This document shows, in pieces, positions 9,724 through 19,115 of a stretch of DNA of 64,000 nt. The stretch is from an uncultured archaeon (GTDB taxonomy: Archaea > Thermoplasmatota > Penumbrarchaeia > JASLWR01): positions 96,001 through 160,000 of the forward strand of contig CAYSHM010000003.1 in the NCBI GenBank assembly GCA_964430885.1. The letters are read 5' to 3'. The notes under the pieces were generated by a model, which saw only the letters and a program-made list of their open reading frames with translations, was not told the origin of the DNA and did not search any database. Each line of letters starts with the position of its first letter. Within the stretch, counting starts at the first letter, position 1. The position numbers were made by a program, and so were the translations under genes.

Positions 9724-10521
9724 ATGAAAAAAGTGTGGAGTAATTTAACGGCATACCTGATCATAGCGGTGCTTAGCCTAAGCATCTTGGGCATGGCAAG
9801 TCAGAACAACATTGGAACCCGTATCCAAAGCATATCACTATACGCATCCGGTTCTACCCTGGAGAGGTATGTGTTCGGTGACGGTGCGGAGGTGGGTATT
9901 ATAGCTCAAAAAGAGAGCGGTACAGGCGGTACAGATACGGCCAGGATAACTGATACCATGGGAAGCGAGATAATATATGTCACCCTTAATGATGACGGTG
10001 CAGGGGACGATGATACCGCTGCCGACGGGATTTATTCCGGTAATTTTACCATATCCAATGACAGGGGGACCAATGGAGCCTTCACTGACAACTCCACCGG
10101 GGTCATTGATCTGGGAGACGGAGATGGGTTCAAGGTGGAGATCGATCTGAACGGGGACGGGATCAAGGAGAACACCGCCGGTTCTGCAGATTTCTCGGCA
10201 CCAATCGTGGAAATGCACACACCTGACAACCAGTTCTATAATTCATCCTTCACCCTGAACTTCACAGTATCCGATGAGAACCTTGACCTTGATAATGTGG
10301 GATACCGCCTGGATAACGGGCCTTTGGTAAAACTCCAGCCTGTAAATATCACAAGACTTTCCGGAAGAGGAGGTTTCACTTCCTACAGCTATCTCGCAGA
10401 TATCGACTGCACAAATGATACCGAGGGAAAACATACTGTCGATGTAGAAGCACAGGATATGGCCTGGAACATCAATCCGCCAGTCCAGGTCGATATCAAT
10501 GTGGACCACACCGCTCCTTGA
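9724..10521 (+). CDS. Secreted surface protein, N-terminal part (Ig-like repeats; apparently frameshifted into 10499..11872)
   Basis: Signal peptide; LNDDGAGDDDTAADGIYSG; Ig-like repeats ending DFSAP and VDHTAP. The frame stops exactly at a repeat junction. Confidence 0.7.
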   Translation: MKKVWSNLTAYLIIAVLSLSILGMASQNNIGTRIQSISLYASGSTLERYVFGDGAEVGIIAQKESGTGGTDTARITDTMGSEIIYVTLNDDGAGDDDTAADGIYSGNFTISNDRGTNGAFTDNSTGVIDLGDGDGFKVEIDLNGDGIKENTAGSADFSAPIVEMHTPDNQFYNSSFTLNFTVSDENLDLDNVGYRLDNGPLVKLQPVNITRLSGRGGFTSYSYLADIDCTNDTEGKHTVDVEAQDMAWNINPPVQVDINVDHTAP

Positions 10522-11872
10522 AGCAGATCTCCCTTTTGATGGAGGGTACGTTGCCGGAAATCTCACGCTGACGCTCACACTTAGTTATTCAAGCTCCGGT
10601 GGTGAAGAGGTCCCCATGGGAGATGAGACAGTTGAATACACCATTGACGGCGGTCCGAGAGTGCCTTTTCAGAAGATCGGGGAGCACACCTATCAATCGG
10701 TGATCGATACGACAAAGCTGACCGAGAGAGACCACACGCTTACAATATGGGTAACCGATGCAGCGGGAAACACATGGTACAAAACAGAGACCATTACCGT
10801 AGATAATACTATCCCGAATATTACTATCGATGAACTATACCAGAATATTTATGGCGATATTGACGGAAGCTGGATGGTCAATGATACGAATATTGACAAG
10901 GAATCCATGAAATGGAGATATGATGCAAATGACTGGTATACGGTTCCATGGAACGAGGATACTCCAGGTACGTGGGGTATAATTATGCCATTAACTGATA
11001 TCGGGGACGGCCAGCATGTTTTCGATTTCTATGCTTCAGATCTAGCCGGAAACTCATTCATGTTCAGCCAGTACATCAACCTTGTATCACCTCCTGAACC
11101 GGTAGAGGATTATTGGTACTTCTTTACTGAGGAAGGAGGATTTGAGGCTGGAACCAACACGTCCGTTGATGATGGAGATATCATGGCTGCAGTTCTGGAT
11201 TTTGATGGAACGGGGCCTGATCTGAACCCCGAGATTGACATGATAGGAGACGAAGGGAATAATTTCGGCATATTTGAACCAGGAAATTACTATCTATGGA
11301 TACAACCCATTAGAGAAGGTGTTCTTGGACCCCTCACTACGTTTCCCTTTGTGGTTCCCGCACCAAGCCTGGAAGATTTTCAAATAGGAGATTACATCAT
11401 AACTACGGAGAATCCAACGGAAGGGGACGATATTATTGTAACAGTCCCCATAGATTATTCAGGCGTGCTGCCTGTTGATGTCATTCTGGACCTTTACGAT
11501 GGCGAAAACCTTGTTGCCAGCGAAGAGATTACCGTACCCGGATCAGGACCTGAGGATTGGTCGCATGTTGACGCACAATGCACTTGGGAGGACGTTCCTT
11601 CTGGTGAACATCATCTTTCTATGTGCGTAAGATCAGATGAGTTTGAAGAGGCGATCTGTACCGAACCCTTGGATGATGATCCTGATTGGGTCTATTACAT
11701 AGATGAAAATGATGATGAGAATGATACCCAATATGATCCTGACGATTACATCTTCGAACCTGATGAGGAGGAGAAGAAAGATGAGCCTGGTTTTACTGCC
11801 GGTATTTTGTTCTTATGTATTTTCATCATCGTTTCACTGGGATATATTAAGAATAGGAAGAAAAATAAATAA
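10499..11872 (+). CDS. Surface protein, C-terminal part (Ig-like repeats, acidic linker, PGF-CTERM-like sorting signal)
   Basis: No signal peptide; continues the Ig-like repeats (VTDAAGN..VDNTIP, ASDLAGN); ends EPGF-TM-KNRKKNK. Confidence 0.7.
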   Translation: MWTTPLLEADLPFDGGYVAGNLTLTLTLSYSSSGGEEVPMGDETVEYTIDGGPRVPFQKIGEHTYQSVIDTTKLTERDHTLTIWVTDAAGNTWYKTETITVDNTIPNITIDELYQNIYGDIDGSWMVNDTNIDKESMKWRYDANDWYTVPWNEDTPGTWGIIMPLTDIGDGQHVFDFYASDLAGNSFMFSQYINLVSPPEPVEDYWYFFTEEGGFEAGTNTSVDDGDIMAAVLDFDGTGPDLNPEIDMIGDEGNNFGIFEPGNYYLWIQPIREGVLGPLTTFPFVVPAPSLEDFQIGDYIITTENPTEGDDIIVTVPIDYSGVLPVDVILDLYDGENLVASEEITVPGSGPEDWSHVDAQCTWEDVPSGEHHLSMCVRSDEFEEAICTEPLDDDPDWVYYIDENDDENDTQYDPDDYIFEPDEEEKKDEPGFTAGILFLCIFIIVSLGYIKNRKKNK

Positions 11873-11897
11873 AAATCCCTGCACATAGAGGCAATTC

Positions 11898-13304
11898 ATG
11901 AAAAAAACAGCTTTTAGACCTGGCGGCCAAATCTTGGTATTATCAATGATATTCACAATATGTTTTATTTCCAGCCCCTCGATCCTTGAAGCAATTCAAG
12001 GTGAAACTTCCTTTCCTCCATATCATGTGCATCTAAGTTGGACGGATGATCCTGCAACCAGTATGACAATTCTATGGAGGACGGAAAGCCAAACCGAATC
12101 CATAGTGAAGTACTCCAAGATTGATGAGGCGGTCAATATAGTCAATGGAACTGTTTTCAAACCTCAATGGGACAACAGCTACATACACACAGTTCATCTC
12201 AATAACCTTGAATCAGGTACGGAATATTCCTACATGTGCGGCAGTTCCGCAGGATGGAGCCCTGAATATTATTTCATTACAGCCCCTGCCGAACAAGAAA
12301 CATTTTCTTTCCTTCTTGCCGGAGATTCCAGGAACAAGGGTTACAACGATCCGTCATTGGAGGATTGGGAGGCTGTTGTAAGAGCAATGAGAGAGGATAT
12401 GGGTTCCCATGAAGGGGGATACGATTTCTTTCATTTCATCGGTGACAACATATACGATGGAAGTCAGAATCATGTCTGGAATTCCTGGCTGGATATTCTT
12501 GGGATAATATCCGACGGCATACCTTTCATGGAATCAGCAGGCAACCATGAATATGTATACAAGACTTCCACCCCTCACCCACAATACCTTGATCTGTTCG
12601 AGCATCCAAAAAATGAACTTTGGTATTCATATAACTACTCTAGTGCACATATAATAAGCATAGCTACTGACCACCCATTCACTACTGGAACGCCACAGTA
12701 CCAATGGTTGAAAGATGATCTGATTAAGTCTTCAGGCGATGAGAAACGATCCTGGATACTGGTTATGCTGCACAGACCTCCTTTCACTTCAGTTGATGAA
12801 GGGAACGAAGACATTCAGAACCACCTATGCCCTTTATTTGAGGAATACGGTGTGGACATGGTATTTGCAGGTCACGAACACATCTATGAGAGATTCTATC
12901 CCTTGGACTGCAGCGGCAATATTGTTGACCAAAACAGGACATATTATGAAGAACTGTCCGCACCAGTCTATGTTGTAGACGGATGCGCGGGTGCACCTCA
13001 GTATCACGGAACTCCTAAAAATTGGACCGTCCATATGGAAAACAGACTGGGTTATTCAAGAGTGACAATATATGAAAACGGAACATTCCATTTCCAGCAT
13101 ATCAGTCTTACCGGTTCAGGTACTGAAGTTGTGGATGAATTCTATATCAATCGTTTCCATCAGGATAATTCCCGGATAATAGATGAAAATTCTGATGAAG
13201 ATAAAGGGTTCGCACTGATCCCCTTATTGGTCACTGGTGCAGTTCTAGTTTTCTGTATAGTATTGATTGTGTTGATGACCAAGAGGAAAAAAAATCCAAA
13301 TTAG
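11898..13304 (+). CDS. Membrane-anchored purple acid phosphatase-family metallophosphoesterase with N-terminal Fn3-like domain
   Basis: Signal peptide; PYHVHLSW; GDSR, GDNIY, GNHE, MLHRP and AGHEHIYER; C-terminal TM followed by KRKK. Confidence 0.9.
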   Translation: MKKTAFRPGGQILVLSMIFTICFISSPSILEAIQGETSFPPYHVHLSWTDDPATSMTILWRTESQTESIVKYSKIDEAVNIVNGTVFKPQWDNSYIHTVHLNNLESGTEYSYMCGSSAGWSPEYYFITAPAEQETFSFLLAGDSRNKGYNDPSLEDWEAVVRAMREDMGSHEGGYDFFHFIGDNIYDGSQNHVWNSWLDILGIISDGIPFMESAGNHEYVYKTSTPHPQYLDLFEHPKNELWYSYNYSSAHIISIATDHPFTTGTPQYQWLKDDLIKSSGDEKRSWILVMLHRPPFTSVDEGNEDIQNHLCPLFEEYGVDMVFAGHEHIYERFYPLDCSGNIVDQNRTYYEELSAPVYVVDGCAGAPQYHGTPKNWTVHMENRLGYSRVTIYENGTFHFQHISLTGSGTEVVDEFYINRFHQDNSRIIDENSDEDKGFALIPLLVTGAVLVFCIVLIVLMTKRKKNPN

Positions 13305-13828
13305 CTCGGCCGTCTTAGTAAATAGCACACAACAGCCACCGCCAATATTGAACCAGCAAGGTGAAGTTCCACAAAACCAGGTACACCTTCGGATGAACCT
13401 CTTTTGACACCGCCCTCAAAGGGGATATCTCTAAGCTCAGATACCTCATTACCTTGTGAATCCGATGCCGTTATTGTGATCTTTAAGGGTGAATAACAAT
13501 CATCTTTAATGGAGGAGAAACCCCTGTATACAAATGTATTATTCGTTCTGTCAACCATATCGGCCGGGAATGTTATCTCAGAAGAAGACCCTCCGTACTC
13601 ACGGGGTTCAGGGGATTCCAGATAACTAGTGACATTGACCCCGGTTATGTTGTTATCTGAAGTTATCTCAATAAATATATCTACATTAGTCTCAGGGTCA
13701 GGCACCTCCGGTTCCCAATAAACCCTGGTGATAGTCATTTCCCCTCTTACAACGGGAAAAATCAATACTATAAATATCATTGAAATCAATGAAGTTAACG
13801 ATATAATGCTCTTTCTCACTATGATCAC
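13301..13828 (-). CDS. Small secreted protein with PGF-CTERM-like sorting signal
   Basis: Signal peptide, beta-rich core and C-terminal VPGF-hydrophobic helix-RR. Confidence 0.75.
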   Translation of the reverse strand: MIIVRKSIISLTSLISMIFIVLIFPVVRGEMTITRVYWEPEVPDPETNVDIFIEITSDNNITGVNVTSYLESPEPREYGGSSSEITFPADMVDRTNNTFVYRGFSSIKDDCYSPLKITITASDSQGNEVSELRDIPFEGGVKRGSSEGVPGFVELHLAGSILAVAVVCYLLRRPS

Positions 13829-13894
13829 CTGTAAAGAATTTTATTGGAAATTAGAATCCCCCATTTTATAAATAATTATTACAGAAATAAATAA

Positions 13895-14656
13895 TTACAC
13901 ATTCCCAAATGTATCAATCTTCACCAGTACATCCTCCATCACGTCCCCTGCATCCTCCCTGAACAGCAAATCGGCCTGATGATCATAGGGGGTATCCCCA
14001 TGGTTGATCATCACAAGTTTGGCTCCGTTATCAAGAGCATGGGCTGGTATATCAGCTGCGGGGGTAACAACAAGGGATGAACCTACAACAACAAAAAGCT
14101 CACAGATTTCGGAATGGTGAAAGGCAAGGGACATTTCTTTCTCAGGCAGCGGATCCCCGAAATTTACAACACTGGACATTAACCTGCCACTGCATTCCGA
14201 ACATTTGGGCTGACCCTTTTTTGGTTCCTGCGTCCTGTAACCCTGCCCCCATCTTGACTTGTCCCAACCCGCATCCCTAAAGGATAGTTGATTATCGCAG
14301 CCCATACACCTCATGAGAGCATGGTTTCCGTGTAGTTCTGCTATTATATCAGGATCAATTCCGGACCTAAGATGCAGGTTATCAACATTCTGGGAAATGA
14401 GAAAGGCCAAAAGGCTTCTATTTTGGAGCTCCACCAATGCATAGTGGGCACGGTTAGGTCGAACCTGGTTGATGGGTTTTGATCTAGGAGGGGGCAGACC
14501 CTTGTCCCTCCTTGTCCAAACGCCGTCGGGTCCCCTGTAATCCGCCAATCCCGATTCGGTACTGATACCGGCTCCAGTGAAAAATACTGCGGATCGGGAA
14601 TTATAAATCCAGTCTGCAAGAAGCCATAATTTCTTAAAATATTCCATAACGCGCAA
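13895..14656 (-). CDS. Sir2-family NAD-dependent protein deacylase
   Basis: TGAGISTESG..DYRGPDGVWT, SQNVDNLH, ELHGN, zinc ligands CMGC and CSEC, VNFGD and VGSSLVVTPAA. Confidence 0.93.
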   Translation of the reverse strand: MRVMEYFKKLWLLADWIYNSRSAVFFTGAGISTESGLADYRGPDGVWTRRDKGLPPPRSKPINQVRPNRAHYALVELQNRSLLAFLISQNVDNLHLRSGIDPDIIAELHGNHALMRCMGCDNQLSFRDAGWDKSRWGQGYRTQEPKKGQPKCSECSGRLMSSVVNFGDPLPEKEMSLAFHHSEICELFVVVGSSLVVTPAADIPAHALDNGAKLVMINHGDTPYDHQADLLFREDAGDVMEDVLVKIDTFGNV

Positions 14657-14853
14657 CCTTGATGAAATCTTTACCCCTACTCATCCATCATTCATTTCAA
14701 TTAATATTCAAGGAAAACAACTTGACGGTGAAAAATATGTTCCCTGACTGAAATCTCATCCCCTCATACATATATTACATTAGCTGATAGTCATTAAATA
14801 AATTATTAATAATTTCCGTGTTCTTAGCTATATGATTCAAAAGGTGTGTTCAA

Positions 14854-15168
14854 ATGGTTAATTACTGTCCCGAATGTAAATCTATCATGTATCCAAGCAA
14901 GGATGAACCAAAGATAATCGTATGCAGAAAGTGCGGTTACAAGAGCGATTCCCGGGGGAAAGATGAGATAATCAAGACCCCCAGCAAGGACAAGGCGTTC
15001 AAGATCATCGAAGAGGAATTGGATACCCTTCCTACAATTAATGTCAACTGTCCCAAATGCGACCATGACGAGGCAAGGTATTTCATGAGGCAGACCCGGG
15101 CTGCAGACGAACCTACGACAAGATTCTATATTTGCTGTGAATGCGGACACAGATGGCGGGAATACTGA
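14854..15168 (+). CDS. tfs: Transcription factor S (TFS)
   Basis: Two zinc ribbons (CPEC/CRKC and CPKC/CCEC) and the acidic hairpin QTRAADEP. Confidence 0.95.
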   Translation: MVNYCPECKSIMYPSKDEPKIIVCRKCGYKSDSRGKDEIIKTPSKDKAFKIIEEELDTLPTINVNCPKCDHDEARYFMRQTRAADEPTTRFYICCECGHRWREY

Positions 15169-15301
15169 TGATTGAATGTCTTTGAATAACATACAATTCT
15201 AGGATCATTCAAAGGTTTGGGTCAAGCCTATTATTCCCTGCTTTATAGACTGAAAAAGACCATTTCAGATCACACCATATTCATAGAGGAGTCAGAATCA
15301 A

Positions 15302-17887
15302 ATGTGGAGCAGAACCAGAAGAGCAATTTGGTGTTTGCAGGGGGACCCCCAGCTGGATAGAATATATATGGGTCTTGGTTATCCTGACCCTGCATTGATA
15401 TGTCTCAGCAAGGAAGGGGAAATGTTATGGAAATGTGACATGGATCGACCCCCGAAAATCATCAAGATATATTCCAGTTCTAGAAATATATTGGTTTTTC
15501 TAAAGAAGAAGAAACTTCCGCCTACTTTGCTCTGCATATCCAATAAGGGCGAACTGTTATGGAGACAGTACCTCAAATATGATCTGAAGTCCATTGACAT
15601 TACTGACAATGGAAAGATCATAGTGCTCGGAACAGTGAATTCCACGGTCCTGCTTCTGGAGGAAAGGGGAGAGATACAGTTCAGAATACAGCCTGAGAAA
15701 TGGATCAACGGTATTACGGCCCATTTCTTCGATAGAGATATTATGGCTGTATCAGACAGAGGTTTTCTTTATGTAATGGAAACATACCGGAACCGATTGA
15801 ATATCAAGGAAAAGGTGGATCTGGAGAACAATGTTAGCCTCATGAAGAAGCAAAATGACCGGTTGGCATTTTTGGACCAATGCGCCAAGACCGGGAATAT
15901 TCTTCACCTCTATAACTGGGAAGGGAACAGTTACTTAAATATAAAATATAAGAAGAGAATTAAAAATTTCTCCTATGCGGGGAACCGGATCTGGAGCGTA
16001 CTTGATAACTCAATTATCTGCCTTTTTGATGAGAACCAGGGTTTCAGGACTGGACTTGACATGGGTGAAAGGATCTACGACATTACCACGGATTATTATG
16101 GTGGCTATATTGTTGTAGGTACTGAAAATTTCAAGGTTCTATTGATGGATCGGAGCGGGCAAATGATATGGGGAATGGACACCAGAGGTAAGAAATTGGC
16201 CGCAAATTATGCCGAAAAAACATTCAAAAGAATGAGGGAGAGCGAGCTCATCTCCGAGGACGAAGGATTGGACTGCTACGCACATAACACACTCATATCA
16301 TCTATTGAAAAGAATTTCATAGATATACCAGTAGAAAAGGAGGAAGATGGAGATGACGGCTGGATAACAGACGGGGAAGAAATTGAAGATGGTTGGCTGG
16401 TAGATGATGACAAATTGGCCGGAAGAAGAAAATTACTGAGCGGATTCAAACCCACACCCGTCAAAAGGAAGGTGACCATCAAATCCCAAATGGCAATGAT
16501 AAAACAGCGGCCAAGTCTGCTTGTGCATATAGAGAACACAACAAGCAAATCTATCACCAATATCAAGGTAGACATCACGATGGATAAAACCCTATTCTCC
16601 TACCGCAAGAACCTTACCCAACTACCGGTGGTAACCCCCAACACCGCTAAACGGATGATAATACCCATGATATCCAAATCCGAAGAAGGTTCATGCATTG
16701 TCAGCGGAACCATCAGCTATAACTATCAAGGTAAGGAAAGAACTGAGGATTTGGCAGAGTTCAAACTTGTTAATCGATGGAAGAAATTGGAAGGGCTCAT
16801 CATCAAGGAAGATAGTTGGAATAATTTTATTCATGGAATGAATGAGACCCAGGATGAACTGTTCACCTCTCTGACACCGCCCTACCTCGGACCTCTCATG
16901 GAGACAATAGCCACAAAACACGGATTCAAGGAATACAAAATCGAAAAGATCGATGATGACCTTATGATCTATTTCGCAGCACAGGCCAAAAATCGCCATT
17001 ACGGTTTGAAGAACGTAATCAGACCGTCTAGCCTGGAAAGGGGCGTTTGTGTTATAAAGATATTCCTATATGGAACAGATCCCAATCTGGTGCGTCTGAA
17101 GGATATGCTGATAAATGAGCTTGAAGATGCCATCTGTTTTGAGGAAGATACACTTCATGGTGATGAAGACATTCCTCAAGTGGTGATAAAAGATACAAAG
17201 AGAAAAGAGACTGCTGAAAAGCTCAGGGAAATTTCAATATCTGACGGAAAGGATTATGGAAAGGATGAAACGGATGTTCCCGTTTGGTATCCCGAAGCGG
17301 CTCCAGCTCCAAAATACTCTCCAAAAAGTCTTCCCATAGACTACGGTCTTTACAAGAAATACAGTGAATATTACAAGGATTACTTTGTCCCATATCCTGA
17401 AAAGAAAGATGCACTTTCCGTGGTTCCCAGAAAGGGCTACATATATCTTTTCAAGGAGCAAACTCCTGATCGTGCCTTCCGAATATTCAAGGCTATGATA
17501 AATTATAACCTGGAAGGATTGTTCATTTCCCGGAAATATCCAAACAACATCGTCGACAAATATTCCCTGGGCGGAATTCCCTATTTATGGCTGTCCAAGA
17601 CGGGGGAAAAGAACGCCATCCGTCCCACGGCAACAGAGAAGATAAGGCATGAACTTGAAAAATTCCTGAACAATAAAAAGAACAAAGGGAACAGTGTTGT
17701 TCTTTTCGAGGGCATTGAATATCTGGTCATACACAATACCTTCAATACGGTAATCAAGTTCCTGCAATCTTTGAAGGATTGGGTATCACTAAGCAATGGA
17801 ACCCTTCTGCTCTGTATTGGACCTTCCACACTTGAGACAAGGGAACTTATGATGATAGAGAAGGAATGCGATGAGATAATATCCTGA
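15302..17887 (+). CDS. Multidomain protein: beta-propeller-like repeats, acidic linker, beta-sandwich + alpha/beta domain, C-terminal DUF835
   Basis: Repeats ending GEMLW, GELLW and GQMIW. C-terminal GYIYLFKE..LFISR.YP..YLWLS..VVLFEGIEYLVIHNTF..KFLQSLKD is typical of DUF835. Confidence 0.8.
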   Translation: MWSRTRRAIWCLQGDPQLDRIYMGLGYPDPALICLSKEGEMLWKCDMDRPPKIIKIYSSSRNILVFLKKKKLPPTLLCISNKGELLWRQYLKYDLKSIDITDNGKIIVLGTVNSTVLLLEERGEIQFRIQPEKWINGITAHFFDRDIMAVSDRGFLYVMETYRNRLNIKEKVDLENNVSLMKKQNDRLAFLDQCAKTGNILHLYNWEGNSYLNIKYKKRIKNFSYAGNRIWSVLDNSIICLFDENQGFRTGLDMGERIYDITTDYYGGYIVVGTENFKVLLMDRSGQMIWGMDTRGKKLAANYAEKTFKRMRESELISEDEGLDCYAHNTLISSIEKNFIDIPVEKEEDGDDGWITDGEEIEDGWLVDDDKLAGRRKLLSGFKPTPVKRKVTIKSQMAMIKQRPSLLVHIENTTSKSITNIKVDITMDKTLFSYRKNLTQLPVVTPNTAKRMIIPMISKSEEGSCIVSGTISYNYQGKERTEDLAEFKLVNRWKKLEGLIIKEDSWNNFIHGMNETQDELFTSLTPPYLGPLMETIATKHGFKEYKIEKIDDDLMIYFAAQAKNRHYGLKNVIRPSSLERGVCVIKIFLYGTDPNLVRLKDMLINELEDAICFEEDTLHGDEDIPQVVIKDTKRKETAEKLREISISDGKDYGKDETDVPVWYPEAAPAPKYSPKSLPIDYGLYKKYSEYYKDYFVPYPEKKDALSVVPRKGYIYLFKEQTPDRAFRIFKAMINYNLEGLFISRKYPNNIVDKYSLGGIPYLWLSKTGEKNAIRPTATEKIRHELEKFLNNKKNKGNSVVLFEGIEYLVIHNTFNTVIKFLQSLKDWVSLSNGTLLLCIGPSTLETRELMMIEKECDEIIS

Positions 17888-18065
17888 TTACCTTTCAGGA
17901 TTTATTGGATGGAAGATCCGCTGGCTCTCCTGACTTTTTTGTATAAATGTTCCCTTGGAAAATAATTGGAGTTAAGTTAATAAAATAAAAGTATCTTTTA
18001 TGGCACGATTCGGGCTAGAAGCACGAATATTATGAAATGGGCTAATCACAGCCTGGGTGATGGAC

Positions 18066-19094
18066 ATGGGTCTTTTTGGAAAGAAAAAGAAGGAATTTGA
18101 TTTCAAATCGGTCAACAAGATCGACCAGGAAACCTTCTTTCAGATGCTGAATCAGCAGGGCTGGACCGAGGTGGATACTCCCTTCGAATACCAGAAGGAT
18201 TGGCCTGTAAAAAAAATCAGAAAGAATGCCCGATCCTACGCCATGAAAGAGATGGAAGCCGACCTCCTTGTAGAAGTTGACGACCCTTCATTTTCAAATA
18301 ATCCATATAATCATTATGTGTATTATACTTTCAAGAAATCCACCACCCCTCCGTCTCCAAATCCTAACATGAATCCAACACAGCCTCAAACCGATCTATA
18401 CGGCAATAACCAACAGAACCTGTATGGCCAGAACCCGTACCCTGCTACTAATCCAAATGACCCATACAACCAACAACCGCAAGACCCTTACAATCAGAAC
18501 AATTTCGATCCATACAACCAACAACAGCAGCAGGACCCTTACAATCAAAACACTTCAGACCCATACAACCAACAGCAGTTCTATGATCCCAATGCTCCCA
18601 TGACCCCTCCTGCTCCTGAACCCCCATCTTCACCTTATCAGCCGGATGAGGAGGGAAAGGTACTGGTGACCCCTACCCAGGAAATGTTCCTAAAGGCGCA
18701 CTATGCAACCCATGAGGAAGCCTTCTATCATTGTTTGGATAACCTAGCAAAGATGCTGACAATGGAAAGTGGACCAATTAAATTCACGGATAAAAGAGAG
18801 TTTCTTCATCCTATCATGCGTATCAAGGACAGGGCATACTACCATATTGGTCAAAGACCAATGAATCTGATCCTTATGAAGGAAGCTATACATGATTTCC
18901 TACTTCTAGGTAATGAAGGCCACCAGGTGGGAAAAGCAAGTGGACGCAGGGATGATCTCATAATGATAAAGACACTTGGTACTCCTTCCTTCATGCTGAT
19001 GAACGATTATCAATTGCTTCCTGACGAAGCGAAAGGACAGGTTGCACAGACGCTTTTCAACCTCCTCGAGCAGTTCCTTCCGAAGTTCGGATAG
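18066..19094 (+). CDS. Hypothetical protein with N-terminal MGLFGKKKK and central Q/N/P/Y/D-rich DPYNQ repeats
   Basis: Long ORF; a GGTGA SD precedes ATG 18066; two globular-looking regions flank a low-complexity linker. Confidence 0.8.
   Translation: MGLFGKKKKEFDFKSVNKIDQETFFQMLNQQGWTEVDTPFEYQKDWPVKKIRKNARSYAMKEMEADLLVEVDDPSFSNNPYNHYVYYTFKKSTTPPSPNPNMNPTQPQTDLYGNNQQNLYGQNPYPATNPNDPYNQQPQDPYNQNNFDPYNQQQQQDPYNQNTSDPYNQQQFYDPNAPMTPPAPEPPSSPYQPDEEGKVLVTPTQEMFLKAHYATHEEAFYHCLDNLAKMLTMESGPIKFTDKREFLHPIMRIKDRAYYHIGQRPMNLILMKEAIHDFLLLGNEGHQVGKASGRRDDLIMIKTLGTPSFMLMNDYQLLPDEAKGQVAQTLFNLLEQFLPKFG
18459..18590 (+). repeat. Coding tandem repeat (~48-51 nt unit, ~2.5 copies) encoding DPYNQQ/DPYNQN
   Basis: GACCCATACAACCAACAA..GACCCTTACAATCA recurs as GATCCATACAACCAACAA..GACCCTTACAATCA and then GACCCATACAACCAACAG. 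Confidence 0.8.
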
Positions 19095-19115
19095 AACAAT
19101 GAGATATTTTACCTT

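Noticed and set aside
10519-10539. Selenocysteine or stop readthrough at the TGA ending 9724..10521
   Set aside because: A second in-frame TGA follows five codons later; the coding continuation is in the +1 frame.
13895-14656. Anti-phage Sir2 (Thoeris/DSR-type) NADase
   Set aside because: It is a stand-alone ~250-aa sirtuin with the zinc module, which fits a deacylase, and it has no defence partners.
18459-18590. CRISPR-like or non-coding repeat array
   Set aside because: The repeats are in frame, vary at synonymous positions and have no unique spacers; no cas genes are present.
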